Shown here: positions 11,080 through 23,246 of the stretch, piece by piece
Numbering within the stretch: the stretch's first letter is position 1
Layout: each line of letters begins with the position of its first letter
Origin: Amphiscolops sp. MND2022
Taxonomy: Eukaryota
Reading direction: 5' to 3'
Length of the DNA: 64,000 bases
Assembly: GCA_964187785.1 (NCBI GenBank)
Contig: OZ076409.1
Location: 79,796,001-79,860,000 of the forward strand
Position numbers and translations under genes: made by a program
Notes under the pieces: model-generated
What the model was told of the DNA's origin: nothing
What the model saw: only the letters and a program-made list of their open reading frames with translations
Database searches by the model: none

Positions 11080-12657
11080 GGTCGGGCGACAATTCGTCCC
11101 AAATTCCAAAAAGCGACAATTCGTCCCAAATTCCAAAAAGCGACAATTCGTCCCAAATTCCAAAAAGCGACGATTCGTGCCAAGCGTCAATTCGTCCCAA
11201 ATTCCAAAAAGCGACAATTCGTCCCAAATTCCAAAAAGCGACAATTCGTCCCCAATTCCAAAAAGCGTCAATTCGTCCCAAATTCCAAAAAGCGACAATT
11301 CGTCCCAAGCGTCAATTCCAATTCGTCCCATTTTGAAAAGGCGACAATTCATCCCATTTGTAAAAAGCGACAATTCGTCCCAAATTCTTTAATTGATCAG
11401 CTACTTACCAACCTTTTGAAGCTTGAAATGAAAGAAGTAATCAATTCAACTACAAATGAATTCATTTAAGCACGTGACAACAATTAGAAAATGTTGCATT
11501 TTAACGTACTTTAAACAGTCGTAGAATGTTGAAATTAATTGTTGGTACCTGCCTCTAATTGCAATCTTCACGGATTTGATATTACAAAGGTCTTTATTGG
11601 CAATTAAATTGGCGACAAATTGCAGCTTTTAATAATTGGGACGAATTGTCGCCTTTTCAAAATGGGACGCCAGTTTGAATAAAATTGAAATCTTGCACGT
11701 ATCTTGCAAGTTTCTTATAAAACATGGTATTTTTGCAAGCTTTTTGCAAGCCGATGCCAGTCTTGCAAGAATCTTGCAAGAATCTTGCAAGAATCTTGCA
11801 AGACAATGCAAATCTTGCAAGATGATAAATTGGAAAACCAGTCTTGCAAGAATCTTGCAAGACCATGCAAATCTTGCAAGACAACAAATGAGTTGTGATA
11901 ACGTAGTCAACAGCTTCACCAATTGTCGAAAAAGGTTATTTTTCTCTTGTTTTTGCGTTTTTTTTCTAAAAAAATGTACGCCTATGATCAATTTAAGTTA
12001 GTTCGGCCTAATTTCAAAGTCTCCATCGTTTACATGCTAAAAGAGGGTATTTGTGTTCCAATGTACTGCATCAAAACTGAGTTTCGAATGTCGGTTTTTT
12101 ATTACAAAAAATAGGTTTTTAGGGTGCAATACTAAAATCACACTTCTAGAGTTTTAATTTTCTAGAGTTTGCATTTTTGGGTCCTTCAAAATTTAAGAAG
12201 TGAGACTCTGGCTGTATCTATCTGGCTGTCGCCTTTAAGTCAATATTAAATTGACAAAACTGAGGTGACTGAAGTCAGGGGTTTGTCTACTAAAATCTTA
12301 TATAAAATATTCTGAAAAAAATGTCTGGAATCGCTTTTTTGATAATAGAGTATAGGGACAGGTGGAGTTGATTATTAATGGTGATGTTCAATGGAACGAA
12401 ACTTTTGAATTCCCAGTCGAAGCATGCAAATATCTTGAAAGGTCGACACTTTCCTAGAAAGTATAACACAATGTCAATTCATTTCTTGCAAGACAATTTG
12501 CAAGAAAAATGCATTGACTTGCAAAATCTTGTCGGACGTCTTGCAAGATATTTTCAAGAATTACATTTTTCCAACCTAGGGAATTGTCGCTTTTTGGAAT
12601 TTGGGACGAATTGTTGCTTGGGACGAATTGTTGCTTGGGACGAATTGTCGCTTTACG
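11080..12657. mobile_element. Non-autonomous Mutator-like/foldback element with 27-bp tandem subterminal repeats
   Basis: 9-bp TSD GCTGTTGTT (11071-11079, 12658-12666); inverted arrays of GCGACAATTCGTCCCAAATTCCAAAAA. Confidence 0.85.
11670..12581. mobile_element. Nested non-autonomous element with 11-bp TCTTGCAAGAA repeats
   Basis: Interrupts a GGGACG|AATTGTCGC unit of the host MITE; imperfect terminal inverted repeats; TCTTGCAAG arrays near both ends. Confidence 0.65.
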
Positions 12658-13013
12658 GCTGTTGTTTTGTGTTGAAACGTTTTGGATACTTGGCCCACCG
12701 AAGTATTTGAAACTGAAACCTGTACAGAAATGGCAAAAATATTTTTAAATTTTGGAAGTTTATTTTGACTTTCAGATATTTTGGGATCACTTTGAGGCAC
12801 TTTTTTATTCAAACGTTTCTTGAAAAAGTATCCTGGATAACTGGGTCCTTTGTTTTAGAATTCTATGGGTGAACCCCTACAATTTGTGTCTGAAAACTGA
12901 ACATGGTAAAATTTGGAGAAAAATCGAGACTCAGCTTGTAATTTTTTTGCCTTATGAATGTTCGAGCGGAAAATAAACGAAGTGTTGAGCTAATTGTTTG
13001 CGTATTTCCAGCC

Positions 13014-14960
13014 TGTTAACGTGGAGCGTTTTCAGAAGAAATTAGTAGAACTCGAATTGCAAAAGATATTGAGGAATGATATTGAATTGACTATTTCTGA
13101 ATTGACGTGTTTTGAATGTTAATCTCTTTTGCACAAAGGCTCTCAGGCAAAATGGCAAAGGCGTGAGAACTCTCAAGCCAGACAGTTAGCAGGTACTTGT
13201 ACATATTTACAAACAAAGTGTTTTCACACTTTACACGTCTATCACACTCCCCGTTTTTGGGCAGATTCAATATCCTCAAATTTACACTGTGAAAGTAACT
13301 GTATTCAACAAAGGTAACTCAACAGCTTGGTAACTAAATTTACAACACTGATACATGCTGGGTACAGTTTAAAAGTTTTAACAGTTTCAGCTCAATTTTC
13401 TTCTGGTATGTCCTTTTGCACCAGGTCTATTCCATACCGTTTTGTCGGCACCCGCACTCTCTCTATGACCCGTGTTGGGGGAATTGTCCCTTTATTTGCG
13501 GTTTCCCACTTGGTTGTTGCAACTATTGGGATTGCGCTTTCTTGGTGTTTTTGCATATCCCCTTCCTTTGCCTCTTCTTTATGTTTTTGCTCAGGCCCAG
13601 CCTGCTTCACTGTTTCAACTTCTGTGCTGCTCGTCGCTATGTCGATTATTTTCGGGATCGACTCGTCTTCCGCATATGGGTCGACTACCATCTCCGGGGC
13701 TGCCTTCTTCTTCCTCTTTTGAGCTTTCTTTCTTTGAATCACTATCTCACTGGCGTCAGATTCTGTTGTTGACGACACCCTTTTTCTCTTCTCTGATTTT
13801 GCTCGTCCGAATGCTTCCTTTTAATCTTTTGAGGCGATGGCGATGTCCCGTTTTGAATAAATCTTTGGTCTTCCTGAGAACTCAGGTAGCATGGTCACGG
13901 TGTGGGCCGTCTCTTTAATCTTTCGCCCCGCTCTTTTGTCAAATGTCCCTTGTAACTTTGAGCCACGTGCTCTTTCTCAGACGAGCTCCGTGGAATCCAA
14001 GTCATCTTGGAAGTCGGACTGTTCAAATTCGAGGTTGGGGTCTTGTTTTGAAATAGCCAGCTGTTTTGACACTAGGTTCGATTTTACGGTGTTCGGCTGC
14101 CTACCCATTTGCTTCTCAAATTGTGAAGTACCGTCCTTCTTTTTATTTACTCGCAGTGCATAAAGAATTTCCGACAGGCCAGACTGGTTCTTAGTCACTA
14201 TTATTTGTTTATTCGTGCGTAAGCATTCATTGATCGTTCTCATCAATCTCTCAATTTTGCCATTTCCCCTATGATCGCGCACCGGGCATGTTATATGTTC
14301 TATTCCAAATTACGTACAAAATCGGGCAAATTGTTCACTCGTGAATACTGTACCGGGATCCGTTCTTATTTTCTTAGGCACCCCATAAAGCGCTATGTAT
14401 TGCTTCAGAAATTCTATAACTTTTTTCGTAGTGGGACACCTTAGAAATATAGCGTCCGGCCATCCCGAAAAATGGTCGATCGACACCAACAGATACTTTT
14501 TCCCTCTCTTGCATTTTGGAAAGGTCCTGCGAAATCTAGTGCGATCTCCTCGTTTTGTTCTTTTACTTCCGGAATTTTTCCAAAAACTTTTTGGCTTTGA
14601 GTACATTTTAAGTTCTTACCTGATTGCAGGCACTGTTCGCAATGTCTTGCTTGGTCTATGACTTCCCGGTGAATCCGGGGCCACCAAATGTCGCCGATCA
14701 TTGCTAACATAGCGTCACGCCCAGGGTGACCGTAATGTAATGAGCACATAATCATGGCTCTCATCGAATTTGGTATAACCAGTCTGTTATCCATGTATAA
14801 AAAATCACGCTCGTCTACCGAAAACGACTGAAATTTCTCTCGCCACGGCGATGGAAGGCGGCTAACTGCCGTACGATTGTTATTTTTCACGATGGAAATG
14901 ACTTTTTGCATAGTTTTATCTGCGTGGTAATTCGCAGGTAAAAGCTTTTCGTTCAAAAGT
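13014..14960 (-). mobile_element. Truncated Ty3/gypsy fragment: integrase, PPT and short 3' LTR (~13014-13246)
   Basis: HYGHPG..CEQC, LDFAGP, TDPGTVF and NGKIER in frameshifted ORFs; PPT-like AAAAACGGGGAG followed by TGTGATAG. Confidence 0.8.
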
Positions 14961-16870
14961 TGAAGCGCGGAATTCTCACATTATCTTATTGGACCGAAAT
15001 TCAACGCAAACTATATTGATAGATTAGTTTTCCAGAAGTATTGCTTATTACTCAGCAACAGGTTTTTGCGCAGGGGAAAACACAACAGTACCAATAATTT
15101 TTTTTTCGCATTTTTCCGAGTCCACTAATCTGACAATTTTAATCGCTTTGTTGTTTTTTTTCCAAAGATTTCTGAAATAGAGTCACAAAAATTTCTAAAT
15201 TAAAAACCGCATCATAGGTTGAAAAACTTGTCAATAATTCTTTTTTCTTCAACAAGCATCATATTTTGGGTGGTTTTGATTTTATGTGCTGGTATATCCG
15301 TTTTGAGCATTTAAAACGCTTTTTTGGTAATCCATGATTTTTCAACATGAATACAATTTCAGAAATTTAACTTCGATTCAATTTATGACGCGTTTCATAA
15401 AAACTTCACGCTTGGGCGTTTATTACGTCTTTCAACGTTAGTATATGATAAGCAAGTGTCGCCTGATGTTCAAAACTAACAAAGCGTATATTCAACATTA
15501 AAGGTGTCTTCGTCAAGCATTATTGAAATTTGCCCGACAATTCTTTCATCTCATGTAAATACGTTTTTTTCAGGTGTAATTTGCAAAAAATGCAGCTGAG
15601 TCGTCCTATAGGCTCCTGTTAATGAATGACGTTGTCTCACCTCCACAGTTTAGTATAAAGTGCCAGCTTTTACTGCAGAGAAGTTAAAGAAGTGTAGATG
15701 AAAGCGTTGAAAAACAATTGGTTTGATTGGCTTTCGAGTGAATGTTGATGCCGAAAAAACACGAATTCGTTTTTCAAAACAACAGTCCTTATTGCAGTTG
15801 GCAGTTCAACATTGCACAAAAACAGCAAAACTCGTCCGTTTGAATGATTATGCATTTCGAAAGCGTCGGACTGTGCTCTTCCTTCAATTTTAAGGAAAAT
15901 GATTTTCATTCCCATCATCTTTCAGCAAGTACACCTTGTAAAAAGCAAAAAGAACAAAGCGGCTCCACGCCAAAGATTTTAATCATCCTTATCCTTCGAA
16001 AAACCCTCAAACGGAAAACAAACAAGATCTTCAAAAAATTCATTCCTTGCAAAAGAAAAAACCCTGCCTTTGATGTTACACAAAAAGACAAGAAAACTGC
16101 TGAATCTTATACTCATTCAAAAGGCCTTTCTATTGGCTGCGAAAAGTTCATTTCTTAAGAATATGCTTGCCAAAATATCAGATTACTTCAGTTCGAGTTT
16201 TTGGGTCAAAAGACCTATGAAACTTCCAGTAATTAAACTACATTAAAGTACAAATGTTCTTAAAAATCGACGTTTTCTTAGACGTTTTTAGCGTTTTGGT
16301 GTTTGTTTGAGAAACACCAACTTTCGCTATCCAAATTATTAGATTTTTCTGTTTTCATGACCATTTCTGGGCTTTTCGTGGATAAAAAACTTTCAGTATT
16401 CAAGACCTTTGAAATTTGTATCAGAATTGCGTGAAACGACAAAAAATGTGTAATTTTTGCTTTTTCGTGTTTTTGAGGGTGTTTTGATTTGAAAATTTCA
16501 GAATTTTGTTTTGAAAGTTTTCAAAATAGGGCGTATTTCGAACATTTTGTGTCACTAGAATGATGGCTTATCACACTCACGGAAACTTGGGAGCAATCGC
16601 AATTTGTTTTGGTAGTTGCGTGAAACAGGGAAAATCTTTTCTTTAATGAGTTTGCAGAGTTTCTTTTTCTATAAAAACAATAATTTTCAAAGGAACAAGT
16701 TTGCAAAGTAAGTATATGTGCTGTCATGAAACTTGTGAATGTCTGTCCATATCCAGCATATTCAAATGTATTCCTTCTCAAAGTAGTTCAGATCTTTTCG
16801 CCATTTGATACTACAATTTTTCATTTTCCGCCGACACTGTTTATTGAGTAGAGGGAGGAAAGTCACCATC

Positions 16871-18254
16871 TGTCACAGCCCAACAGCTGTGTTGGACCCG
16901 GAGTGCAGCAATAGGAGGTGAACGAGAGCCAAAACTGATCCAAACCCTAAAAATGATAAGAGTCCTGATTTTAACTGTACCTTAATTTTATTTCGAGCGA
17001 GTCATGTAAATATCTCCTTTCGATAACATTTTTGCATTAATTGATTCCTTATTACATGTAACGATAAACTCTAAATGCAGTAAAAGTGAAATTATTCCAT
17101 TCGTAAAATGACCAAGTGAGTAATGGAACCAACAGTTTTTGCGCTTTTGCATAGTATCATTATGCGGTACGGTGCGGTACGAGGGCTGACGCATATATGT
17201 TATCATGCTCTTTGGCATAAGTGACACTATACGTCACTATGCAGTTTGATACGTGACGAGCATACGGCAATACCGCAGCATGCGGTTTTACTTATATCAG
17301 TCATGCTTTGAGCACCATTTTCATGTGCTACTGAGTAACGTTTGGGAAATCTTTGTGAACTAATTTATATCATTTTCTAGGATCCTTAGGCCCTGCAATC
17401 ATATTTTGATTGTCATGTGATGTTTATATTTAACTTTTATAAGATGATACCTGTAAAAATGAGTGTCATTGTTTCATTTTTGAGATCAAGAGCGCAGTTT
17501 TAAATACTATTCATTCAAAAATATACTCTCATTTTCAAGTGCAGTAACTCTCGAAAGAAACCTTCCAACCGCTTTGCAAAACTTTCGTCAACGATTTTGT
17601 TGCCCAAACGAAGTTTGTTTTCAACACATAACTGTGAAACAATTCAACTTTTCGTTGCAACAAAACGTTGTTTTCACTTGAGCGAAATCGGAAATAGACG
17701 AAATAGACGATCCAGGAAGTTAGAAACACCTTTCTCCGAGAAAGAAACAAGTGATATGCAAGTTCAGACACCAAACCCAGGTAATGTAACTTCAAGTAAT
17801 TCTAATGGTGAAGTCCAAGAGAGTTTAGAGAACAAAAATTTGGGGCCTCAATTGACTGAACAAAGCCATATTGGAAAAGAACTCCAAGTGTCGACTCATA
17901 TCCCTGAACAAAAAAACAATGAATGAGCCAGGTTGAATGACGACTGGAATGGAGGAAAAATTCAAAACGATTTTGAAAAAGATAAGATCAAAGAAAACTG
18001 TTTCTACAACAACAAATCCCAGATCAAAAAATAAGGAAACTCAGAGTATGCAACCTTCGAGATCCAAAATTAAAAATGTCTATAGAAATTCGTGAATCAG
18101 ATAATGACAATTCCGAATCGGAAAACGAGGATTATTCTCACAGAGGGTAGGAATGAGAAATTTTAGACATCCAGCCACACTTGCACACCAAATTGAGTAA
18201 ATCTATATGAGACCGTTCTAATAAATGAAAATTCTCAGGCAGAAGATTCTCACG
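16871..18254 (+). mobile_element. Solo LTR (1384 bp) containing a degenerate gag-like 5' ORF
   Basis: TGTCACA...TCACG ends with 5-bp TSD CCATC on both sides; internal decayed ORF SEIGNRRNRRSRKLETP... continuing toward the LTR end. Confidence 0.8.
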
Positions 18255-18332
18255 CCATCTGTGAATCACTTCATTTTTATATTCTGCCATTTGTGCTCTT
18301 TATTACTCAATTTAGTATGTGGATTTTTAGTA

Positions 18333-18402
18333 GCAGTATCGCAGTTGGTAATGCGTCTCCTGACAGGCAGGAGGTCGTTCGTTCAAGCCCGGGCTGGAGC
18401 AT
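18333..18402 (+). repeat. tRNA-derived SINE-like head
   Basis: A-box-like TATCGCAGTTGG and B-box-like GTTCAAGCC at tRNA spacing; no proper cloverleaf. Confidence 0.45.
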
Positions 18403-18516
18403 AATAGTTTTGTGGCAGAAATCATCCTTGTGCTAAACCGGTATCTTGTTTGAAACTTAAGTTAAGTTGAATTTGTTTCTTGATGCCCTCGACAACATAA
18501 AGAAAACAAAATTTAC

Positions 18517-18613
18517 AAACTATTCAAACGACAGTCTAAAATTAATAAAAGCTATTCAAAATTCAGTCTAAAATTGATACAAACTATTGAAACGACAGTC
18601 TAAAACTGAAACA
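18517..18613. repeat. Three ~32-bp tandem repeats
   Basis: AAACTATTCAAACGACAGTCTAAAATT repeated three times. Confidence 0.7.
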
Positions 18614-21600
18614 AGTGGGTGTTTTGTGGGTATTTTGTTTCAATTTTGGCAATTTCCATCATCGGCACATCTACAGAAAAATTTAATACCTCCACAAAAC
18701 TTTGTCAACTATTTGGGTTTTTCTTCAAGAAATGTTATCTTTACAAGAAAAATTTTCTAAAGTAGTGGATAAACATGAAGTGCCATGGAGAACTGTTTGT
18801 GAGAAAAACCCGACTATAGTTTTGAGTTATTCTTGAAGTCATACGCCAACTGAAGGTTTTTCAAAAGAAACAACTGTAATATTGGGCACTTTGAGTCATT
18901 GCACTAGTGCCGCGGAATTCCAAAGATCAGGTCGAGCGTTCGAGTTTTTTTCCTGTTTCGGTCCACTGTGTTTTCGGGTTTTTTCTCATAGTGCGAGATT
19001 TTGCGAATTTTGCGAACAAGTTTGTCAACTCATTGAAAAGTTCCCTTTGTCAACTCATTGTTTAATTTCTGTAACGGCAAGCTATCACCGTTCCTTCTCC
19101 GCTGATAGAGATGAAGGAACCCATGACATGGGTATTTGCACGGGAGAGGCGTCCACAGCCACTAGGTCCATTTTGCATCCTTCGGATAAAAACTGTCCCA
19201 TCACAGGAGGATTCTGCTTCGTGTTGAGTGATCATCGGCATGATCCAGTCTTTAATTGCTGTCAGTACCGTGAAGTGCGCTTTGTCTTCGAAACTACCGG
19301 TTAGACAGCCTTTAAAAACGTTCCAAAAAGTATTTAAATTTTCATCATTCTGGGTGACTCGGGGAATAACAAAAAGGCGGAATAAGATCTAAAGTTGCCA
19401 AAGTAGCCATAAACTTACAACAATGTACAGCAATCTCGTCCACCACAATTATTTGACAGTATCCACATTCAGCATGTAAGCTGGAGCACCACAAGCACTG
19501 ATTCGTGAAATAGACGAAAAGACTCATCTTTACGGTTTTCGCTACTTAATGTCGCATACTGCTGAAAATCAAGAAAAACCGGGTGTTAGTATCTGTAAAA
19601 GAGTCTATTTTCAGAGGTTTTTGCGGTCTCTGATGTTTGTTATTGCCACTGCCCTTGTGTTTTTGCTCGTTTTTGCTCTTTGCTTTCAAAGTACCTGCCA
19701 ATTTCGTAGAAACAGCGAAAAGAGCAATCAGTGGCACGTCAAACATTGAATTAGAATTTTTCATCAAATTTCTTCAATCGCAACATCACTGTATTCGGGT
19801 ATTAGAGGTGATCGTTACATTCTCTCCATTGATTTCTAGGCTAGAAAAAATGTTTTGCGAGCCTAAAGAGTGACCTTTTCAATCGAAGAAATGTGTTTTT
19901 TGAGTTTCAAGGTCTTCGAAATTTTGGCTCTGTGAGATTGCGACGAGAGTTTCTCGGTAATTTTCCTCGAGTGTGTTTGAAAGACTTTGCTCATTTTGAG
20001 CCTTGACTGTAGCTTGTTTGATAACAACGTGTACACTCTCACAACCATCAGTGTAAAAAGATTTTTTATAATGACGTTTACGAATAACATAGGTGTTACC
20101 CCATAGTCAAGCAATGGTTTGATTTCGATATTCAAAACTTCGTATATTTAAAACTTTGTATATATCCTTTATGAAGTTTTGGTAGCTTATTAGTGCCGTG
20201 CTTTCGGCAGTCATGAAATCCGTATTTTTTAATCTTCGGATTTCATTGGTTTTTGCCGACTATAGTTGACTTAGCAGTCAAAGTCTAGATTAATTTTTAT
20301 TTGAACGTATTTACGTGCGTTTTTATGCAAAACTTGACGCCAGAAAGCTCAAAAATTTCCACATTTATTCTAGTCTAACTTATTCAATTTAATAGTCATG
20401 CTTTTTGCTTCGAGTTCAAACCCTCAAGTTAGCGTGACTTTGTTCAAGGCACAAAAGCCGGCCTCCTCCGGCTCCGGAGTTGCAATTCCCATCTACAGTC
20501 CAGATGAGCTTTCAGCACCCAGACGCTCCTTGCCCCAGATACACCCAGAACGCCCACCCGCTTCTAGGGCCTGTTCCAACTCTGTGAGAGAGACTGCGAA
20601 TCCGAAAGACGAAGACAGCCACGACTTGTTCGCTCATTCCGAGGCTGGTCCAGGGACACGGGTCTCGTTCCAGGGATATCACGTTAAAAAGAAATCTCTT
20701 TCGGTTTCTGAAAACTTCTCATTTGCAGATGATAGTCCAAAGCGTGGATACGAATACTACTGAATCCGCCAATGATTTTGGAACAACGCTAATATGCTCT
20801 ATATTATTTATATCTGACTCTAATGTACTTAGATTACAATCATTTCATTCAGTAATAGACTAATTTCTTCGAACTTGATATCATGAAAGTCAGTTTTGTT
20901 ACTTTGCATGATTACTGTTGAAGCTTTACAGAGCAAAAACTGCGGTCGAAAAATATATTTCAGCAAAAGGTCGTTTGATTTCGCGTTCGTACTAAAATAG
21001 TCAACCAAGCCCGCAAAACTGTATATACCTTTAAGTCCAGATTCGAATTTGAAAAAAAGTTTTGCAGGCTTGGCTATTAATATCATATGGCTAAAAATAT
21101 TATATTATAATAACATGAAATAGCATCATGAAGGTTTTGTAATCAAACTGCAGATTCTGCGAGCTTTCAAACTGCTTCGCCGAAGAAAAATTTTCTGGAA
21201 AACTAACGGCAAGTGGCAATTTGAATTCCCGATTTCTTTTCGATATTTGGATGGCAAAATCCTGAAATCTCGAAATTCCAAGAAATGCGGAAACTTTATC
21301 CAAAATCTTCCTTTTTCGAGGCTTATTTTTAATGAAAGATTTTTTCGCCTTTACATGTCCTGAACACTAGGAATAAAACACAGGAAAATTAATCAGTGTT
21401 GTATTTTCCAAGTGTCCAAAGATATTGAAGCAGAAGCCATTTTTTCTTACCTTCCAGAATTGAGCTGCATTTCCTCCTCATTCCTTTCGTCTGCTAGCAA
21501 ACTCAAATTTTTGACACCAGGGATTTTCAGGTAACAAAACGTTCGTAAGGCTTCAAATGCTTGATTATTAATATTTCCACTTTTCGATTCTGAAAGAGTT

Positions 21601-21877
21601 TTCCTTGTTTTTTCCAACGATCAGGTTTTTTGATCTGAGCTAATAATTTAGATTTGAACTAATGTTTCGAAAAGTTTCCTACCGTTTTTTTGTCTTCCCA
21701 GCTTTTCTGACTGTTGTTATCGATTGTCGGGAACTTTTCCAAAAAAGTTGAATGAAATGTTTTTAGCTCTATTTGGATAAATTTGACTAATCAGACCAAG
21801 TGGTTTCTACTCAGCCTCAGCACTACAAGTATTCAGTTCAGTTAGACTTTCCAATTGTTTTGCTTTTCTGATGGGAC

Positions 21878-22761
21878 TCTTGGCGCTAGTCAATTGCGTG
21901 ATCAGAAACTCACACTCGAACGTGACTGATGAAGCTTACAACTCAAAACACTTAGAAACTTTGTCAAAATTTGAGTTGGGAAATTACAAGTTTCAGCAGA
22001 AATGTGCCTGAGACAAATTGGGCCACCCCCACCCCGTCCCGATTAACCACTTCATCAATCACCTTGAAACTCTGCACACATATAGTGGTGGTGCTATTCT
22101 AACTTTTCACTCATAACACCCTACCCCGTATCTCCCCTGGGTTCATAGCAATTAACACCCAAAGTGACCAAGGTCGGACCCCGCAAAACCCAATTTTGAT
22201 GCATTAATAATTATGTGATTTTCTCATTTGACCTTGAAGGAAATGTAACTCTGTTGAAATTTATGATATTTACATCGTGTAAACATGCTTTAGAGCCCAC
22301 CTAACCAACATGCTATACCCACACTATGGTTTGTTTACATAGCCAATAACTTTAATAATTCACTTAAATGTCATTCATTTATACTTCATATTTCAACTCA
22401 TATTTATCGAATAATTGTAAACGATATGTATACCATTGTTAGATAGGCACAAATTGATTGGAAAGCTGTATTAAAGTCGGGTCTCAGGACCACACATATT
22501 CTCAATTCATTTCTTCACCTCTTTTCGACGTTTCGCCAAAGACTTAGGGCGACTAAGTTAGTTACTCTCAACTTGTGGAGAGTTGGACGTGTAAAGAGAC
22601 AAAAAAGAAGTGCAATTCGGGATCATTGGATCCTACTAAGTCAAGATACAGTCCTTTTAATCTAAGAAGCAAGCAGTGTTCGGTAACGATCCGCAGTGCC
22701 GAGCACCGAATTCGGGGCGGCGTAAAGTTTGGTCAATTGAAGGGATCAAGCAGCCGTTACA
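21878..22761 (+). repeat. BEL/Pao 5' LTR
   Basis: Direct repeat of 29171-30052; starts TC (mutated TG) and ends CA. Confidence 0.95.
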
Positions 22762-23246
22762 TTTGGTCCGCAGACCCGGACATCATCGATTGGGCGGACA
22801 TCATCACTTTTGGGGCGCACATAATCAATTGGGCGGAAAACTGGATGATCATCTGATTGCTACACAGCCAGAACAGCACTGTGCGAACAAGTGAATGTGT
22901 ACAGTGAACGACGACTGGTGGTGATCTATACACAACTGTGTGTGCTGCAAAGTGGTCTCATCTGGCCTCTCCTGGGTGAATTGTGTACTCTAGGGCTTGG
23001 GCTACTTCTGCAGGCGCTGAAAGATTGTATTCGAAGTGTTATTACTGGAAACTTTAGTTTACAGTGTACTCTGGGAGTTTGGGCTATTGTGTACTCTGGG
23101 GTTTGTGGGCGAATTCATCGGCTTGTTGAGAATTGTATTCACAGCAGAGTTTGGACTCCTGTGGTTAGTTAGTGTACTCTGGGGTTTTGGGCTAGTTCAA
23201 AATTGCTGAACCTAAGAGAATTGATTACAAAAGAATTGACAACTAT

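Noticed and set aside
10949..12001. Repetitive ORFs, and the 27-bp array as a possible CRISPR
   Set aside because: The units are head-to-tail without unique spacers and no cas genes are present; they are subterminal repeats of a MITE, and the ORFs are by-products.
18333..18402. Functional tRNA gene
   Set aside because: A and B boxes are present but the acceptor and anticodon stems do not pair; treated as SINE-like.
18882..19873. Short ORFs with hydrophobic stretches and an FPESPR motif (SLC22-like)
   Set aside because: The motif is isolated with stops around it, and no consistent exon structure can be built.
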